A DNA stretch of 64,000 bases, from NCBI GenBank assembly GCA_951406725.2, contig OX597823.1, positions 17,980,001-18,044,000 of the forward strand, in the 5' to 3' direction. Within the stretch, counting starts at the first letter, position 1. Every line of letters starts with the position of its first letter. The notes under the pieces were generated by a model, which made no database searches, had not been told where the DNA came from, and saw only the letters and a list, made by a program, of their open reading frames with translations. Below, piece by piece: positions 24,449-38,692 of the stretch. The DNA comes from Octopus vulgaris. Taxonomy: Eukaryota. A program made the position numbers and the translations under genes.

Positions 24449-24900
24449 GCATGCATGCATACATACATAATACATACATACATACACACACATACATACA
24501 TACATACATACATAAATACATACATACATACATACATACATACATACATGCATGCATACATACATATATACATACATACATAAATACATACATACATACA
24601 TACATACATACATACATGCATACATAAATACATACATACATACATACATACATACATACATACATACATACATACAATACATACATACATACATACATAC
24701 ATACATGCATGCATACATACATATATACATACATACATAAATACATACATACATACATACATACATACATACATACATACATACATACATACATACATAC
24801 ATACTTACATACATACATGCATACATAAATACATATATACATACATACAATACATACACACATACATATAGAAACACGCTCAGATTCGGATAAACATGCA
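24310..24900. repeat. Long (ACAT)n compound microsatellite
   Basis: Direct reading. Confidence 0.95.
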
Positions 24901-25454
24901 TACATCCGTACGTGCACATCTATATATATATTATATATATCGTCAGTAAATCATAAAATAAATCCGAAAGAGAAGTACACTCTAAGTTATAAAATAGTAG
25001 AGAATTTTAAGAAAGATAGTTATGAACCGGCCATAACTGTGATATAGTTAGACACAGACAGACGGACAGGCAGACAGACAGACAGATAGATAGATAGGCA
25101 GACAGACAGATAGATAGATGGTTAGATAAATTGGTATAGACTTAGGTATGCATCTTTCTCTCTCTCTCTCTCCCTCGATATATATATATATATATATATA
25201 CATATTTATACACATATATATACATATATACAAACACACACACATATATATATATATATAATCAAAATAAGCAACAGGATATCCAGAGGTAGTGCTGTAC
25301 GATCGTTTCAAGCAACTCCATTTAATTGAACAATGCAAACATTACATCAATTTAAATGCAGAGCAATCCTCAGCTGCATAAATACATAGAATTAAATTAA
25401 ATTAAAACAGACGGACACATTAGTAAATTTTACCTAAACCCCCCAAGAAGGTAA

Positions 25455-25529
<75 letters not shown>

Positions 25530-25679
25530 TGTATGTATGTTTACCGGAGAGCATTTAGCTCTCAATTTGGTCCCAGGTGCCGGCTAACTACAAAGGTCAG
25601 TGTCCAATATCTGTGTCTACAATAAGTTGTCACTTGGCGAATTGTTATGCACACACGCGTGTGTGTGTGTGTATATATA

Positions 25680-26535
25680 TATAGCATAGCTTCTAGAGAA
25701 GATTTCCAATAAAATTGCTATATTTGGGAAAAAACTTTTAATCAGAAATAAATAATTATTTAGCAACTCTTTCAAAATAAACGGATCGACACAGAAGGAA
25801 GCTTTAGTATGAGCGATTTTCACTATTTTCAACTTTTCAAACATATGTGTGATAGTTAAGTTTTGAATTAGGAGTCCCAGTAAAAATAATCTTTGACCTT
25901 CCTAATCTAAAGATATTTTTCTTTATTTTGATAAAGGAGATATTTTGAATCTCCCATCCGCCACAATGTCTAGATGTTCACTTCATGGAGTATTTCTTTG
26001 TTGCTTATGTACCCTAATCCGATCTATTTACTTTGTTCCTGATTTACTGATATAGTTCTCATTGCATTATGGTTATGTGATGCTGCAAATGAGATTTTGA
26101 TTTTGTTTTGCAATTCATGTTTGTATTAACCTCAAATTCTTTCCCGTTCTTGAATTTTTTGACATTTTGTTACGTACATCATTTATTTTTCTGCTGTAAA
26201 TTTCTCCTTTGTTAAGAGTCTTTTAAAACCTGGTAGTTGTTTTCAGCTTTTGATAATTTGTTTCTCGTTAATTATTTTTCTTAGGTTTGACCATTGGTGT
26301 AGAGTTGGATATGGGAAGTTATCGTTTGGCCGGATGTAAAGTGCTGTGAATTCTGGGATTGGGGATGACTAAAAATAAAATATTTCTGTTTGTATATTCC
26401 CCATCCTTGTGAAAGTTTCTTCATAAGTTAGGGATTGAGATTTGCTTTGCTCCTGTTATGACATTATTTACTTTTTTTCTGGTATTTTTAGGTTTTGCTG
26501 TATTTTTTCCCGGAGGAATATGCTTTATTCTAACT

Positions 26536-26596
<61 letters not shown>

Positions 26597-26790
26597 CATA
26601 TTTCAGTTTTGATATATCAAATTGTTATTTCTTCTAGCGTGGGATGGATGGCAAGATATAAAGTCTAAGTATTGATGTGCGTCAATATCCTGGTGGTAGA
26701 GATTGGTTGTAAAAGTCCCATATTCCTTAATTATCAGAATGTTCTAAAATGGATCAATCAATGTTATCCCCTCTTGTCTCTTCTGCATGT
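25680..26790 (-). pseudogene. Degenerate Penelope-like element (RT C-terminus plus GIY-YIG)
   Basis: Manual translation with stops: GTFTTNLYHQDIDAHQYLDFISCHPSH (about 26620-26720) and DRIRVHKQQ...SEHLDI...FKISP (about 25930-26030); split by (CT)n at 26540-26592. Confidence 0.7.
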
Positions 26791-28400
26791 ATAGGTTCTT
26801 GAGGCACTGCCGTGGTAACATTAATGGGTATCCAGCACAAATTAAAATGTGGGAGATTTGTATCGGCATACGCAGGCGAGGTCACTGTAATTGTGTCGGA
26901 GACGAAGCACATTGAGGTCATTGGCATTGTTCTATGGGACTACAAGAGGAGTCAAAACCAACCAGGAAACGTCAGTGGGCCTGCAACTCAGCACCTAGAG
27001 AGGAAAGGCCATGCGGTTTAATAGCGTCGTGAGGTAATGGACAGATTCAACATCATCTTAACAACCAAGAACATGTATTCCTTCCCAATTGTCGTTCACC
27101 AATCAAAATTTAGACGGGCTGACTAAATCACTCAGGGTCTGGTTTATTCTATATCTCCAGTTGGAGAAGTATTAGGATGTGGTGAGGAGTGAGGAGTCCA
27201 GTTTCGCCCAGAAATGAGCCGAGAAGACGTTATCTCTTAGAGGTCGAGCAAAGGTGTCAGTCGCCTACATCGTCTCCGTCATTAATTACCGATTTAATCG
27301 GTCTGGAGTGTCTGCTCTTCAGCTTATTTGTGGAAGGGATGTGTTCTATTGGCCAGGTGCTCCATTTCTTGTAAACATCTGCTACATGGATGACTGGGCA
27401 TACCGTGGATAATGATACTCGAATATGCGCCGAGGTTTTTACTCTGCTCATCTCTTTGACACAGCCCTGGGTCAAGCAAAAACTAACACTGAAAGCTTGA
27501 CATCTAGATGGCAAGCGCTCACGGCTCCCTACCAACTGAGCAATGCCGTAGGTGGAAGTTCCACGTTGGCGTTCTGTAGAGTATTAGGGATAAGCAAAAG
27601 CGACAACATTCTCGGGAAAAATTTAGGCATCGATAAAAATCAACTGGCTGGTCCGTTCCAGAGAATTCATTATCCGGGTTCCAGGAATAATTTTTAGCAA
27701 TTTCCAGCCTAGCAAAGCTATTAATGCGGAGGAATTACCTGTTGGAGCTAAACCTTACAGAGTGTCATCGGCCAAGATTGCTCGCAGGCAACGTTCTGCG
27801 CGCCTACGTCTAGTTCATTGCTAACTTGAGGAGTTATGTCGCATAGCTGATTTCATGTGCAGGACGGATACAGCAATTAGAGGAGTCTATTGTGCAGATT
27901 GTCTTGCTGCCTTTCTTTAACCGGGAAGTGCAAGCGAGTTTCCTTTGTCTGGCAGCTATGACAAAAAAAGTTGTGTGAAGGACAAGGCTAAGAAAACAAA
28001 AGGCATCTAATGAGAGCATGACCTTCTCGGTGAAGCTCTCATTACCTTTAAAGCTCCAGCTGGAAAGGAAGGTGAGGGTGAAGATGGAGATGCTCTCTTC
28101 CGGTAAATTTCTTACAACATGGATGACAATGGCGATAAGGGTAAGAGTGACTCATTATGTGCCTGTAGATTGGTGAACGACAATTGGGAGGGAATACATG
28201 TTCTTGGTTGTTAAGATGATGTTGAATCTACGAGGCTCCTTGAACGGCTCTAGTTGGACGTTCTACTTCTTGTATCAGGAGGATTGCATCTTCATTTATT
28301 TCTATACTATGTATATTTTTATACCATCCTTTGCTATTTCCTCGTTCTATTTTTACGTCAACTAACACAATTTACATCTTCGTTCTTTGAAATATTCCCC
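26790..28400 (+). pseudogene. Degenerate Tx1/L1-type LINE ORF2 3' part plus probable 3' UTR
   Basis: GRFVSAYAGEVTVIV (RT YADD motif, decayed), WTDG..K.L.VWF, LSLRGRAKV, LWKG...G.LGIPW and C-terminal LERKVRVKMEMLSS, across frameshifts. Confidence 0.7.
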
Positions 28401-28715
28401 TTTCAACCCGTTAGAGAAATCACATTTATTGTCCTGTATAACCCACCACGACTACCACCACAACACCACCGCTATCACCACTAATACCACCGCCACCACC
28501 GCCGCCACCACCACCACCACCACCACCACCAAAACCACCACCACCACTATCACCATCATCATCATTATCTTCCACCATCTTCACCACCACCACCGCCACC
28601 GTCGCCGTCAGCAGCAGCACCACAACCACCACCACCATCATCATCATCGTCATCTCTGTCGTTGTCATCATCATCCTTCATCCGTCCATCCTTTTTTCTA
28701 TCACATAAAATTCTT

Positions 28716-28767
<52 letters not shown>

Positions 28768-28994
28768 CACACTTGCTTCATTATTTAACACGTATCCATA
28801 TGACACATTGCAAATTCCCTCTTCCTACTCCCCATCGTCTTACCCTATTTCCCCCCTCCTCCGATCATCTTCGTCCTCTACTTCTCTCCCTTTCTTTTAT
28901 CTTTCCTTAGTTCCTTCATTTCTAATGTCCACCAATTCCATACAAACACATGTTCTTACAGCTTATGTTATCACGTTCTCTTCGTTTCTGTTTA

Positions 28995-28996
28995 CT

Positions 28997-29085
<89 letters not shown>

Positions 29086-29170
29086 GTATCCATTTATCTA
29101 TCTACTTATCTTTCTATCCATCTATCTATATATCTATCTACCTATACATCGATTTATCTGTCTGTTTGTA

Positions 29171-29239
<69 letters not shown>

Positions 29240-29244
29240 CTCTA

Positions 29245-29293
<49 letters not shown>

Positions 29294-29377
29294 CTGTCTG
29301 TCTGTCTATCTATCTATCTACTTATCTATCTAGCTAGCTAGCTATCTGTTTGTCTGTCTATCTATTTATCTACCTAC

Positions 29378-29439
<62 letters not shown>

Positions 29440-29460
29440 GTCTGTCTGTTTGTCTGTTTG
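28995..29460. repeat. (TCTA/TCTG)n compound microsatellite
   Basis: Direct reading. Confidence 0.95.
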
Positions 29461-29813
29461 TCTTTTGGCTTGCTTATCTATCTGTCTGCGTTCTATCTGT
29501 CTAGATGCTTCTCTTTCCTGCCTGCCTGTGATCTATCTGTCTGCCAGAATGTTTGTATGTCTTTGTATCTCATGTTTGTGTGCCTGTTTGTCTCTCTCTC
29601 GCTCTTTTCCCATTTATATATGGGTGTGTATGTATGTCTGCCTGCATGTTTATCTGAGACAATTTTTATCAATCTGCCTGCCTGGCCCTTGCAGTCTGCC
29701 AAATGTTTCATAGAATCAGGAAATAGGTATATGTCACTCAAAACACCCTATTAATTATTAACACACATATTCATACATAAAGTGTGGCACACACACACAC
29801 ACACACACACACA

Positions 29814-29884
<71 letters not shown>

Positions 29885-29954
29885 AGCACAATTTATAGCT
29901 GTGATGGCATTCCACGTTTTTAGTGTCATTTTATTAATTATATTTTGGTTGTCT

Positions 29955-30165
29955 AAGGCGGCGAGCTGGCAGAAGCGTTAATACGCCGGAGTTCAAATTC
30001 CGCCGAGGTCGACTTTGCCTTTCATCCTTTCAGGGTCGATAAATTAAATACCAGTTACGCACTGAGGTCGATGCAATCGACTTAATCCCTTTGTCTGTCC
30101 TTGTTTGTCCTCATCTATGTTTAGCCCCTTGTGGGCAATAAAGAAATAAGAAACGTTAGTACGCC
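29955..30165 (+). mobile_element. SINE-A with internal deletion, followed by restart of a head
   Basis: Tail AAAGAAATAA joined to GAAACGTTAGTACGCC. Confidence 0.85.
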
Positions 30166-30280
30166 TGCATCTTGCAGCTCACCTGCGACGGACCGGCGTC
30201 CCGTCCAGGTGGGAAACCTATACGCCAAGGAAACCAGGAAACCGGCCCTTATGAGCCAGGCATTGCTCGAGAAGGTGCAA
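30166..30280 (+). mobile_element. Solo tail X fragment
   Basis: Near-identical to 10800-10915. Confidence 0.8.
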
Positions 30281-30884
30281 TAAATTGATTACACTTCTGC
30301 AAATACACAAAATGCTTCAACAATTTTTAATAAAATGCCTAATGATATGTAAATTATTTTTAAAGAATAGGAATTTTTAACCATCAAATGGCTAGGAGGG
30401 GCCATCAGAGTTAAATAGGAAATAAAAGGGTCCTTAACTGAAAAGAAATGGTTGAGAAATACCGGTTTGATCGACAGAAACTAACAGAGCGATGCAATAA
30501 AGTCAACAACAGAAAACATGTTTGTTCATACAGAGGAAGCCGAACAAGTTAGATGTCAGCTTAGTATTAGTGGCCAATGCACTTAACCCTTTCTCTTGTA
30601 ATCATTGTGATCCCTAAAGCAGCTGTTTATCGCATATCTCGTTTCCGCAGTGCTGAGTAGATGAAACATAAATATCCGTCTGGGTAGCATCCTAGTCTAT
30701 GACCGATAGCATTTCTCTGGGGTGGATGAGGGTGAAATGATTGAACTGACTAGTCATTGCGAAACAGCAAATATTTTAGAGAATTCTCTGCAATGATTAT
30801 ACCAAACTTAGAGGTTCCATTAGAGTAGAAACAAAGCAAATAAATAAGTAAACATCCCCCCAAAACAATCTTTTATCTTATGTT

Positions 30885-31070
30885 TGTCTTAGTCATTGGA
30901 CTGCGGCCATGCTGGGGCAGTAGCAGTGCTTAATATAAAGTCTGGTACTTATTCTATCGGTCACCTTTAGCGAACAGCTATGTTATGGATCCATAAACAA
31001 ACCGCCAACGTTTGTCAAGCAGTGACAACTGAATAAACACAGATATACCCACACAAATATATATATATAT
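30885..31070 (-). mobile_element. SINE-B tail fragment, diverged
   Basis: GTCATTGGACTGCGGCCATGCTGG motif. Confidence 0.65.
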
Positions 31071-31138
31071 ATACATACATACACATACACGCACACACAC
31101 ATATATTTATGAATATACATATATATATACACATATAG

Positions 31139-31427
31139 TGGAGGCGCAATGGCCCAGTGGTTAGGGCAGCGGACTCGCGGTTTCGATTCCCAGACCGGGC
31201 GTTGTGAGTGTTTATTGAGCGAAAACACATAAAAGCTCCACGAGGCTCCGGCAGGGATGGTGGTGATCCCTGCTGTACTCTTTCACCACTCTTTCTTCTG
31301 TTGGCCTGCTCGCTTAGCCAGCGGGGTGGCGTCATTCGAAGGCTAAAACAATGCGAACGCATTGTGACCAGCGATGTGTAACTACATCTGATGGACTGGT
31401 CGGTCACGTGATCACGGTTACGTGATA
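31139..31427 (+). mobile_element. SINE-C with tail Z
   Basis: Same head and body; tail GGCCTGCTCGCTTAGCCAGCGGGGTGGCGTCATTCG...GGTCGGTCACGTGAT. Confidence 0.85.
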
Positions 31428-31449
31428 TACACATATATATAAATATAAA

Positions 31450-31833
31450 CGAGTGCTCAATACCGCATTGGTAGATATAATTTCTTTATTTGAACGAGTT
31501 GCCCGTCAATCCGATATACGTCTTTGCTATTCTGTTGTGGTCCATGATCTTGGCCTTGTATACGAGTTCTTTCTGGAGACAGTTGTTCTTTAGAGGGAAG
31601 TGGTTTGGGGATCTACAACTGCATTGCATTTCGGAAGTGTTTCTGGTGTGTTTATTATTGTGATTGAGTATTATTGACCCTATATTGGGGAGGCAACTAT
31701 AGATGACTTTAACAGTATTTCTGTTGAAAATCTTCTTGTATTTGTATGAATGTGGAAACTGGTTGTCTATTAGTTTTAAGAATTTCTTAGCTATTTTTGT
31801 AGCTACATTCATGCTGCTACTGCTACTACTACA

Positions 31834-31894
<61 letters not shown>

Positions 31895-32057
31895 GATTTC
31901 AACAACTTTTACACATACATATATTACATACACACTTATATATGCTGAAGCTAAAGTGATGAAACTGTTGTCAGCAATCGACATCTGTTGAAGTAAATGT
32001 CGTGCAGAGCAAGACGCATGTTAGATATAAAATATATATGTTCATTGTGTGCGTGTT

Positions 32058-32109
<52 letters not shown>

Positions 32110-32480
32110 CAGCAGCAGTAGCAGTAGTAGTATTAGTAGTAGTATAAGGTGGATTAAACCAGAGGATTTTCCTGTGTCTGCGTCGTTTTAGTCTATTTAT
32201 ATTTGGTTCAATGTAGTATATGCTATTCTTAAATTTGGACCTTTCTAATGTAGCATTATAACATGGGACGGTTTTTTCAAAAGTGTTTTTGCTGGTGGAT
32301 AAATTGGAGATGCGCCTGCTAATGTTGTTAATCATTTGTTTAATCACTGCTGGTCGGTTGCTGGAACCTATGTCTATATACGAGGCTTCCTCGTTTGGTT
32401 TGTGGTAGGGTTTAAATTTTCCTGTGTTAAGATTCATGTTAATGTCTAGAAACATAACATCTGGTGTCATTCAGAGACAA
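31450..32480 (-). pseudogene. Penelope-like element (RT thumb to GIY-YIG) split by an insertion
   Basis: FLDINMNLNTGKFKPYHKPN...RKILWFNPPY (32144-32470) continues as SMNVATKIAKKFLKLID...LVYKAKI...TYIGLT (31486-31815). Confidence 0.9.
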
Positions 32481-33227
32481 GAATATAAAAACATGCAATA
32501 TCCTTGCCAAATATGATATGGACATTGAAAGAAGGTAGAATAAACATGTGAACTAAACATTATACAATCAACATATAACATCCTAAACGTTAAAGATGAA
32601 TAATCTCCCTATATACACAAGTTATACTTTACCCTGAAATATTTCAAATAAAAGCCACTCTCACCAAGGTTAATCCCATCAGGATAGCTTCTTTTACGTG
32701 AATTCTGAACACACATAGCATACTAACTCCACTAACAGAAGAAATATGCCCAAATGACGAACTACCTCAGCATGCAAGTATAAGAACACCGTACCCAGAA
32801 TAAAAACAAAAGAATGCAAGCAAATTGACCACATAATTTGCCCGATAGACAAATCCGAGGAGGCAAACATCCGAAAGTTTCCATCCAAGCGTAACGTCCC
32901 TTGATTCATTGTTCTATTCACGTAAATTCACGAGAATCTCAGCGAACTAAAGGAGGCTGTGTTTTCCTAAAATGAAGGCGAGCGCCTTCCTTTGTGTGAT
33001 TGGCTTGAAATTTGAGAAGATACTAGGCTATTTTCCTACTTTTCTTAACATGAAACCAATGGTAGCCTTGATTCACAGACGTGTGTGTGTATGTGTGTGT
33101 GTGTCTGTGTGCGTGCAGGCGCGTTAACGACAGCATTAGAGCAGTTTAGCTCTTAGTTCTAGCAATGTAGCCGTTTCCTAACACCTTCGTCACATTCAGA
33201 GACATTTGCAATATATATATAAATAAC

Positions 33228-33305
<78 letters not shown>

Positions 33306-33469
33306 GTGTGTGTGTGTGTGTGTGTGTGAATATATATATATATATACCCTTGTTAACAATTAACACGGAAAGTTATATAAATAGTTACCAGGGTAGCAAA
33401 AAATCACACAAGTAAAAAGGTTGTAACTCCGTGTTTTTAAAGATAGAAACTTCGGGTTTACGCGAAATA

Positions 33470-33650
33470 TTTTGTAGCCACTACGCACACTTTCTCTCCT
33501 TGTTTTTTCTGTGTACCTTTCTGTAGAAGAGCGTAGACTCGAAGCGTAAAAGACTTTTTCTATTCCTAAGCGCTATACTAATACATCTGTTTGTTTTGTA
33601 CACCACCTGTCTTCGTCTTTTGGTTTTTTTTCGTAAACTTTCCCTATATA
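33470..33650 (+). mobile_element. Family H1 copy 2 (degenerate hammerhead-like motif)
   Basis: CTTT-CTGTAGA-A-GAGC-GTAG-ACTC-GAAGC-GTA-AAAG at 33517-33552. Confidence 0.65.
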
Positions 33651-33882
33651 TAAATAAATAAATGGAGTTAAACGATTAACTATGTTTTGAAACAATCTTA
33701 ACAGCGTTCATTTAATCACTATACATGTCCATCATTTTCTGTTAAAATGTCTTATTGACGAGTTTCATTTCTTCACTTCCCTGAAGTTTTACACCATTTT
33801 ATTCTTTTGGATTAATATCAGTGATATCTTCGAAACATGTGTCGGAAGTAAAAGAATTTGAATAACACCTTCGTTTAACTCC

Positions 33883-33956
<74 letters not shown>

Positions 33957-33957
33957 T

Positions 33958-34365
33958 TTCACTTATTCTAGTCATTAGGTGCAGCCATGCTGGGGCATCG
34001 CCTTGGAGCGTTTAGTCAAACAAATCGCTCCCAATTCTTATTTCTCAAATCTGGTTACTTATTCTTTGGGTCTCTTCTAGCCAAACAGCTAAGTTACATG
34101 GGCATAAACAAGCCAACACTGGTTGCCAAGCAGTGGTGGCGGGGTGGGGGGGGTAATTACAAACACAAAGACACACACACACATAGGTATGTATACACAC
34201 ATATATATCACGGTCTACTTACTGTGTCTGTCTATCAAATCCACTCACGTGGCTTGGGTCTGCTCGGGGATGCGGTAGAAGACACTTGCCCCAGGTGCCA
34301 CGCAGTGACACTGAACTCAAAACCATGTGATTGGGAAACAAGCTTCTTACCACACAGCCATGCCA
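33958..34365 (-). mobile_element. SINE-B full length, diverged
   Basis: Head and tail modules present. Confidence 0.8.
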
Positions 34366-34414
34366 GGACTTCTGTGTGTGTGTGTGTGTGTGTATGGGTG
34401 TGTGTGTGGGTGTG

Positions 34415-34446
<32 letters not shown>

Positions 34447-36157
34447 CACAGACACATTTTCGCCAACCAAATTTCACTCTTAAACTCAATGATCATCTCG
34501 AGGATATGGCAGACGCCGTATAATGGAATCGAACACTAGGCCACGTTGGTTGCGATGCGATATTCTTAACCGTATATCTTTGCATACACCCGTAACTACT
34601 CTGGGATTGATTTCTTAATGAAATACAGTACTTGTGTAAAAAAAGAAAAGAAAAGAAAACAGAAACAAAAAAAGCTAAAACAACGTTGCATCATTAAAAT
34701 AGGTTTTTAACGCCATAAACACGATGATAGATTTGTTAGTTGTCTAAAAATACGAACTGGGTAGATTAGTTCTACCGAGAAAAAAAATTAAATAAATTAT
34801 AAAACAATTTAGAGAATATTCACTTTTTGTACAATTATAAGAAATTTGAACCAACGTTGGTATTTAATAAAATACACTTCAGCCTCTTGGGGAAGAAAAC
34901 AGGAGACCAGATTAAAATAAAAATTCAACAGAAGTGTAGATTCCGCTTTGTGATAATTGATATTTTAACTTGTTTTAATCACGTTTAATAACAATTTATG
35001 ATTTATTGCTGTTTCAACCAACAATGACATTTAAATAACTATCCTGAAGTAGTTTATTTCTTTGTCAAATAAAATTCTATTTATTATTAGATTCAGTGTT
35101 TTATATACTGTAACTGAAAGCGATAGGTTGAAGTAATGTTTTAGTTTTTTTAGGAGTAGAATCTCGCATAAGGAATAAAAGAAACGAATGATTAAAATCG
35201 CATTTGTTTTAAACAAGGAACGAAAGCCCTTCAATATGGAAGAATAGAACGGCAGTATGTTCATAATTTTATTATTCTTGTACATGCGCATTAACAGCGC
35301 CTCGTAGTTTCGATGTGTAAAAAGCTTCCATTTTGCTCTCTAACACTCGACGCGAATAAATTGATATAAATTAATATTTTACTTTCTACGATATACAGAT
35401 TTTTCTCACCCTGCTTACTTATTATGTTTCAGAGGGATTTAATAATCTTTTTTTTTTAACGTCAGTTTCTTAACTCTAAAACTCAGTGCGTATTCAGCAT
35501 GGTTTCAAATTTCACGAAGTCCACGAAATACGGTTTAAAATTCCAATTTTGGCGCCGTCCGTTTTAACGCCACCTACACTAACTGTGCCAAATAAACGAG
35601 CTTCTATGTGGTACCTTAAGATGCCTAAATAGCTACCAAATGTCTCTCAAACCACACCCTATCGAAAAGTAGGCTGGACAACGTAGTTCTGGATATGCTA
35701 TGTTTGGATAAAAGTTAAGATAGATTGTCAAGAGGGAAAGCTGTTAACCATAAATTGGTTTGATCAGTGTTTTCGGGAGTTAAACACAGACTCACACACT
35801 TACACACTCGCACACGCATAAACACACATGCACATTCTCACACAGAAAAGCACCCTCTGGTCCCTGATTGCTTTAACGAATTTCACCCGGTTTCATCCTT
35901 TCTCAAATCTGTTTTGATGGCATAAACCTGTTGATATTGATCAGCTGAACATGATCAATGAGACTACTTAAATGATTTTTTGTCATGGTTTAGGAATTGA
36001 CTGCCCTTTTAGCATGCAAGAAGTCCACGTGGTGGTCTTTTCTCCGTGTATAAATTTGTATACACTCTTATATTATGAAAATATATATGTCTTCTGGCTA
36101 TTGCCACGCATGCTAAGAACTGGTACAAATTATTATTTTAAATAGTTTTAACCCTTG

Positions 36158-36199
<42 letters not shown>

Positions 36200-36205
<6 letters not shown>

Positions 36206-36395
36206 TGGGGAATTCACAACAAAAATAAGAGACGAAGACAGGTGGTGTAGACAACAGCAGATGTATTAGTTTAACGCTCGGGAAGTGAAAAAGTCCTTAA
36301 AGTTTCGAGCCTGCGCTCTTCAACAGAAAGGAACACGGAAAGAAACAAGGAGAGAAAATAAAGAATGTGTAGTGGCTAGCGATCTATCATGATAT
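36200..36395 (-). mobile_element. Family H1 copy 3
   Basis: Reverse strand CTTT-CTGTTGA-A-GAGC-GCAG-GCTC-GAAAC at 36295-36331; next to (TA)n on both sides. Confidence 0.7.
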
Positions 36396-36419
36396 ATAGT
36401 CAATAATAATTATATAACG

Positions 36420-36487
<68 letters not shown>

Positions 36488-36773
36488 GAAATGTTTCAAA
36501 AAGAAAATAGAAACTACATGTGGAAAAGATATGGGGAAAGTAAGAAGAAAAAAGCAAAAATCCACATTGAATATAAAAAAATAAAGGCTTTTTAATGAAA
36601 ATTAGCGATAAATAAATACAATTAGATGAACTGAGGTAGAATTAAGAGGAATTAAATTCATTATTTTGAATTGTTAAAGAGATTCAAAGTCAAACCAGTG
36701 TCGTCATTGTTGCTTACTGGCTCTGAAAATGTATATATATATATATACATACATACATACATACATACATACA

Positions 36774-36854
<81 letters not shown>

Positions 36855-36859
36855 CAAAA

Positions 36860-37550
36860 TGGGACTTGAACGCAAAACATCCAGACAGTTAGGTGATACA
36901 AAAAAGGGACAACCCAACAACCAGCTAGATGATACAAAGAAAACAATGACGGGTCATTTGGAGTTTACTTTCCTCAGTCGAGTTCAAAATTATCTTTGCA
37001 ATTTCGGCTGGTTATACTTGAGATTGCTCCAATCTGGCCATCACCAAGGAAAAACTAAGCTAAGAGCATTAGATTCCTCGGAAGAAAGCAGCGAATATAT
37101 TCAAAAACAAGGACAGAAAAAAAAAAACGAGAATGTTACACAAATACAAATAACAGGACATAACAACAGGTGTCTTTCGACTAAGGACGAATTTAATTAA
37201 GCTGGCGTGTGTGGAAATATAGCCTTACGGCAGGGATATAAGATTTCACAGGCACAGGGAGGAATATAGATGTTGCACGGGCGATTGTCGAACCAAGAAA
37301 GAAGGATCAGGTTTGGCCGAACACCGGTCACGTGGGGAGAGAAGAGATAGTAGTAGAGGCAGAGGGACAGAAGAAATAAGGAGGAGCGAGAAAGAAATGA
37401 AAGGGACACAGTGAAGTGAAAAGAGGAGGGAAAGTGAGCAAGAAGAGAAGGCGGGGGAATATGAGAGAGGAGGAACGAAAGAACGAAGAGTTGAATGAAC
37501 GAATAAGCGTGAAAGGGCTGATAGAAAAAAAGTATAGAGTCGTACAAGAT
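36860..37550. mobile_element. PLE-terminal-repeat-like interspersed repeat
   Basis: Homologous in part to 5545-6000. Confidence 0.4.
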
Positions 37551-37929
37551 TTTGATAAATATATACTTATATATTAGAGACCAAAGTGTACGTCCGCTGC
37601 TACATATATATAATTATTCATATAAAATACAGTGTACAGTGAATAATATATAGTCTATTGACTAACTTTTCTATACGCTAGGCCACTGGTAGTAAAAATT
37701 TCTAAAATCCTTATTACCTTGATATTATTAATTATATATATATATATGGTGGCTGCCCTCTCGTTATCGAGTATGGCCATTGCGTGAAGCTTAATCAATG
37801 TTGTTATCGTGCAATGACTGTGCAAGAAGATTTTAAAGTGAGGAAAGGCTGTGCACTGAGTCAATCCCACTCACTAAGCAACAGCAGCCATAATCCGAAA
37901 AGAAGAACAAGTCAACATCATCGGTAACC

Positions 37930-38200
37930 ACTGAACCGCAGGTTTTATGTCAGAGTTATCCCAGTTACCTGAGTTACCTTCTCCTGGAAGGATGCCCTAA
38001 CAAAGGCTAGGAGTCCTTCACTCCCAATGGTCTAACCGCGCGATCGGGTATTCAGTCCGATTATTTATATGTCTCCGCGCATGATACAGCCTTAAGACAT
38101 TTATTGGATGGCCGTTGACTCTCAAGAGTTCCTCCGCCCTTTGACGGGTTTTGTTTTTCATCCCGCAGGGTGTCCAATAAACACCCTCCTCACCAAGCAA
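37930..38200. mobile_element. Probable LINE (RTE-like) UTR fragment
   Basis: GAGTTACCTTCTCCTGGAAGGATGCCCTAACAAAGGCTAGGAG resembles RTE-type UTR motifs (from memory, unverified). Confidence 0.3.
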
Positions 38201-38564
38201 ACTATATACATATACAAACACACACACGCACACATATATATGTCTATATACCATGTATATTCAAGTGCTAGGTAGTAAGGCGACGAAGTGGGTTCACTGC
38301 CTATGGCTACCTGATGCCATCCACAGTATTTACACAATTGTCGCTGGATCTACCTCAGGAGTTCTTCAATGTTCGTTGAGTACATATCAAATGATAGAGA
38401 CGGAAAATGGAACATAGGAGAAAATAAAGTTTCTAGTAGATTCCAATTTCTGTCCTTACCATTTGTTATATGTATAGATATATACAGTTCCCTATTTAAG
38501 AGATGAGATATTATGTACATTATTTACATTCGATGAATATTTGCCCTTCATTTTGTTTGTTGTT

Positions 38565-38610
38565 AACACAACGTTTCGGCTGATATACCCATCAGCCTTC
38601 TTCAGGTGTC
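38565..38610 (-). ncRNA. Minimal type-I hammerhead ribozyme fold
   Basis: GACAC-CUGAAGA-A-GGCUGAU-GGGUAU-AUCAGCC-GAAAC-GUU-GUGUU: 5-bp helix I, 7-bp helix II, palindromic ACGU helix III. Confidence 0.75.
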
Positions 38611-38661
38611 TTGGGGAAATTTTGAACCTGGATTCTCATCCCCTAAGGTATTTTTCGATGA

Positions 38662-38692
<31 letters not shown>

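Noticed and set aside
24269-24919. MYVC-repeat ORFs
   Set aside because: (ACAT)n microsatellite
27730-28250. Novel Cys-containing protein frame on +
   Set aside because: Contains several stops and is explained by the decayed Tx1/L1 ORF2 C-terminus across frameshifts
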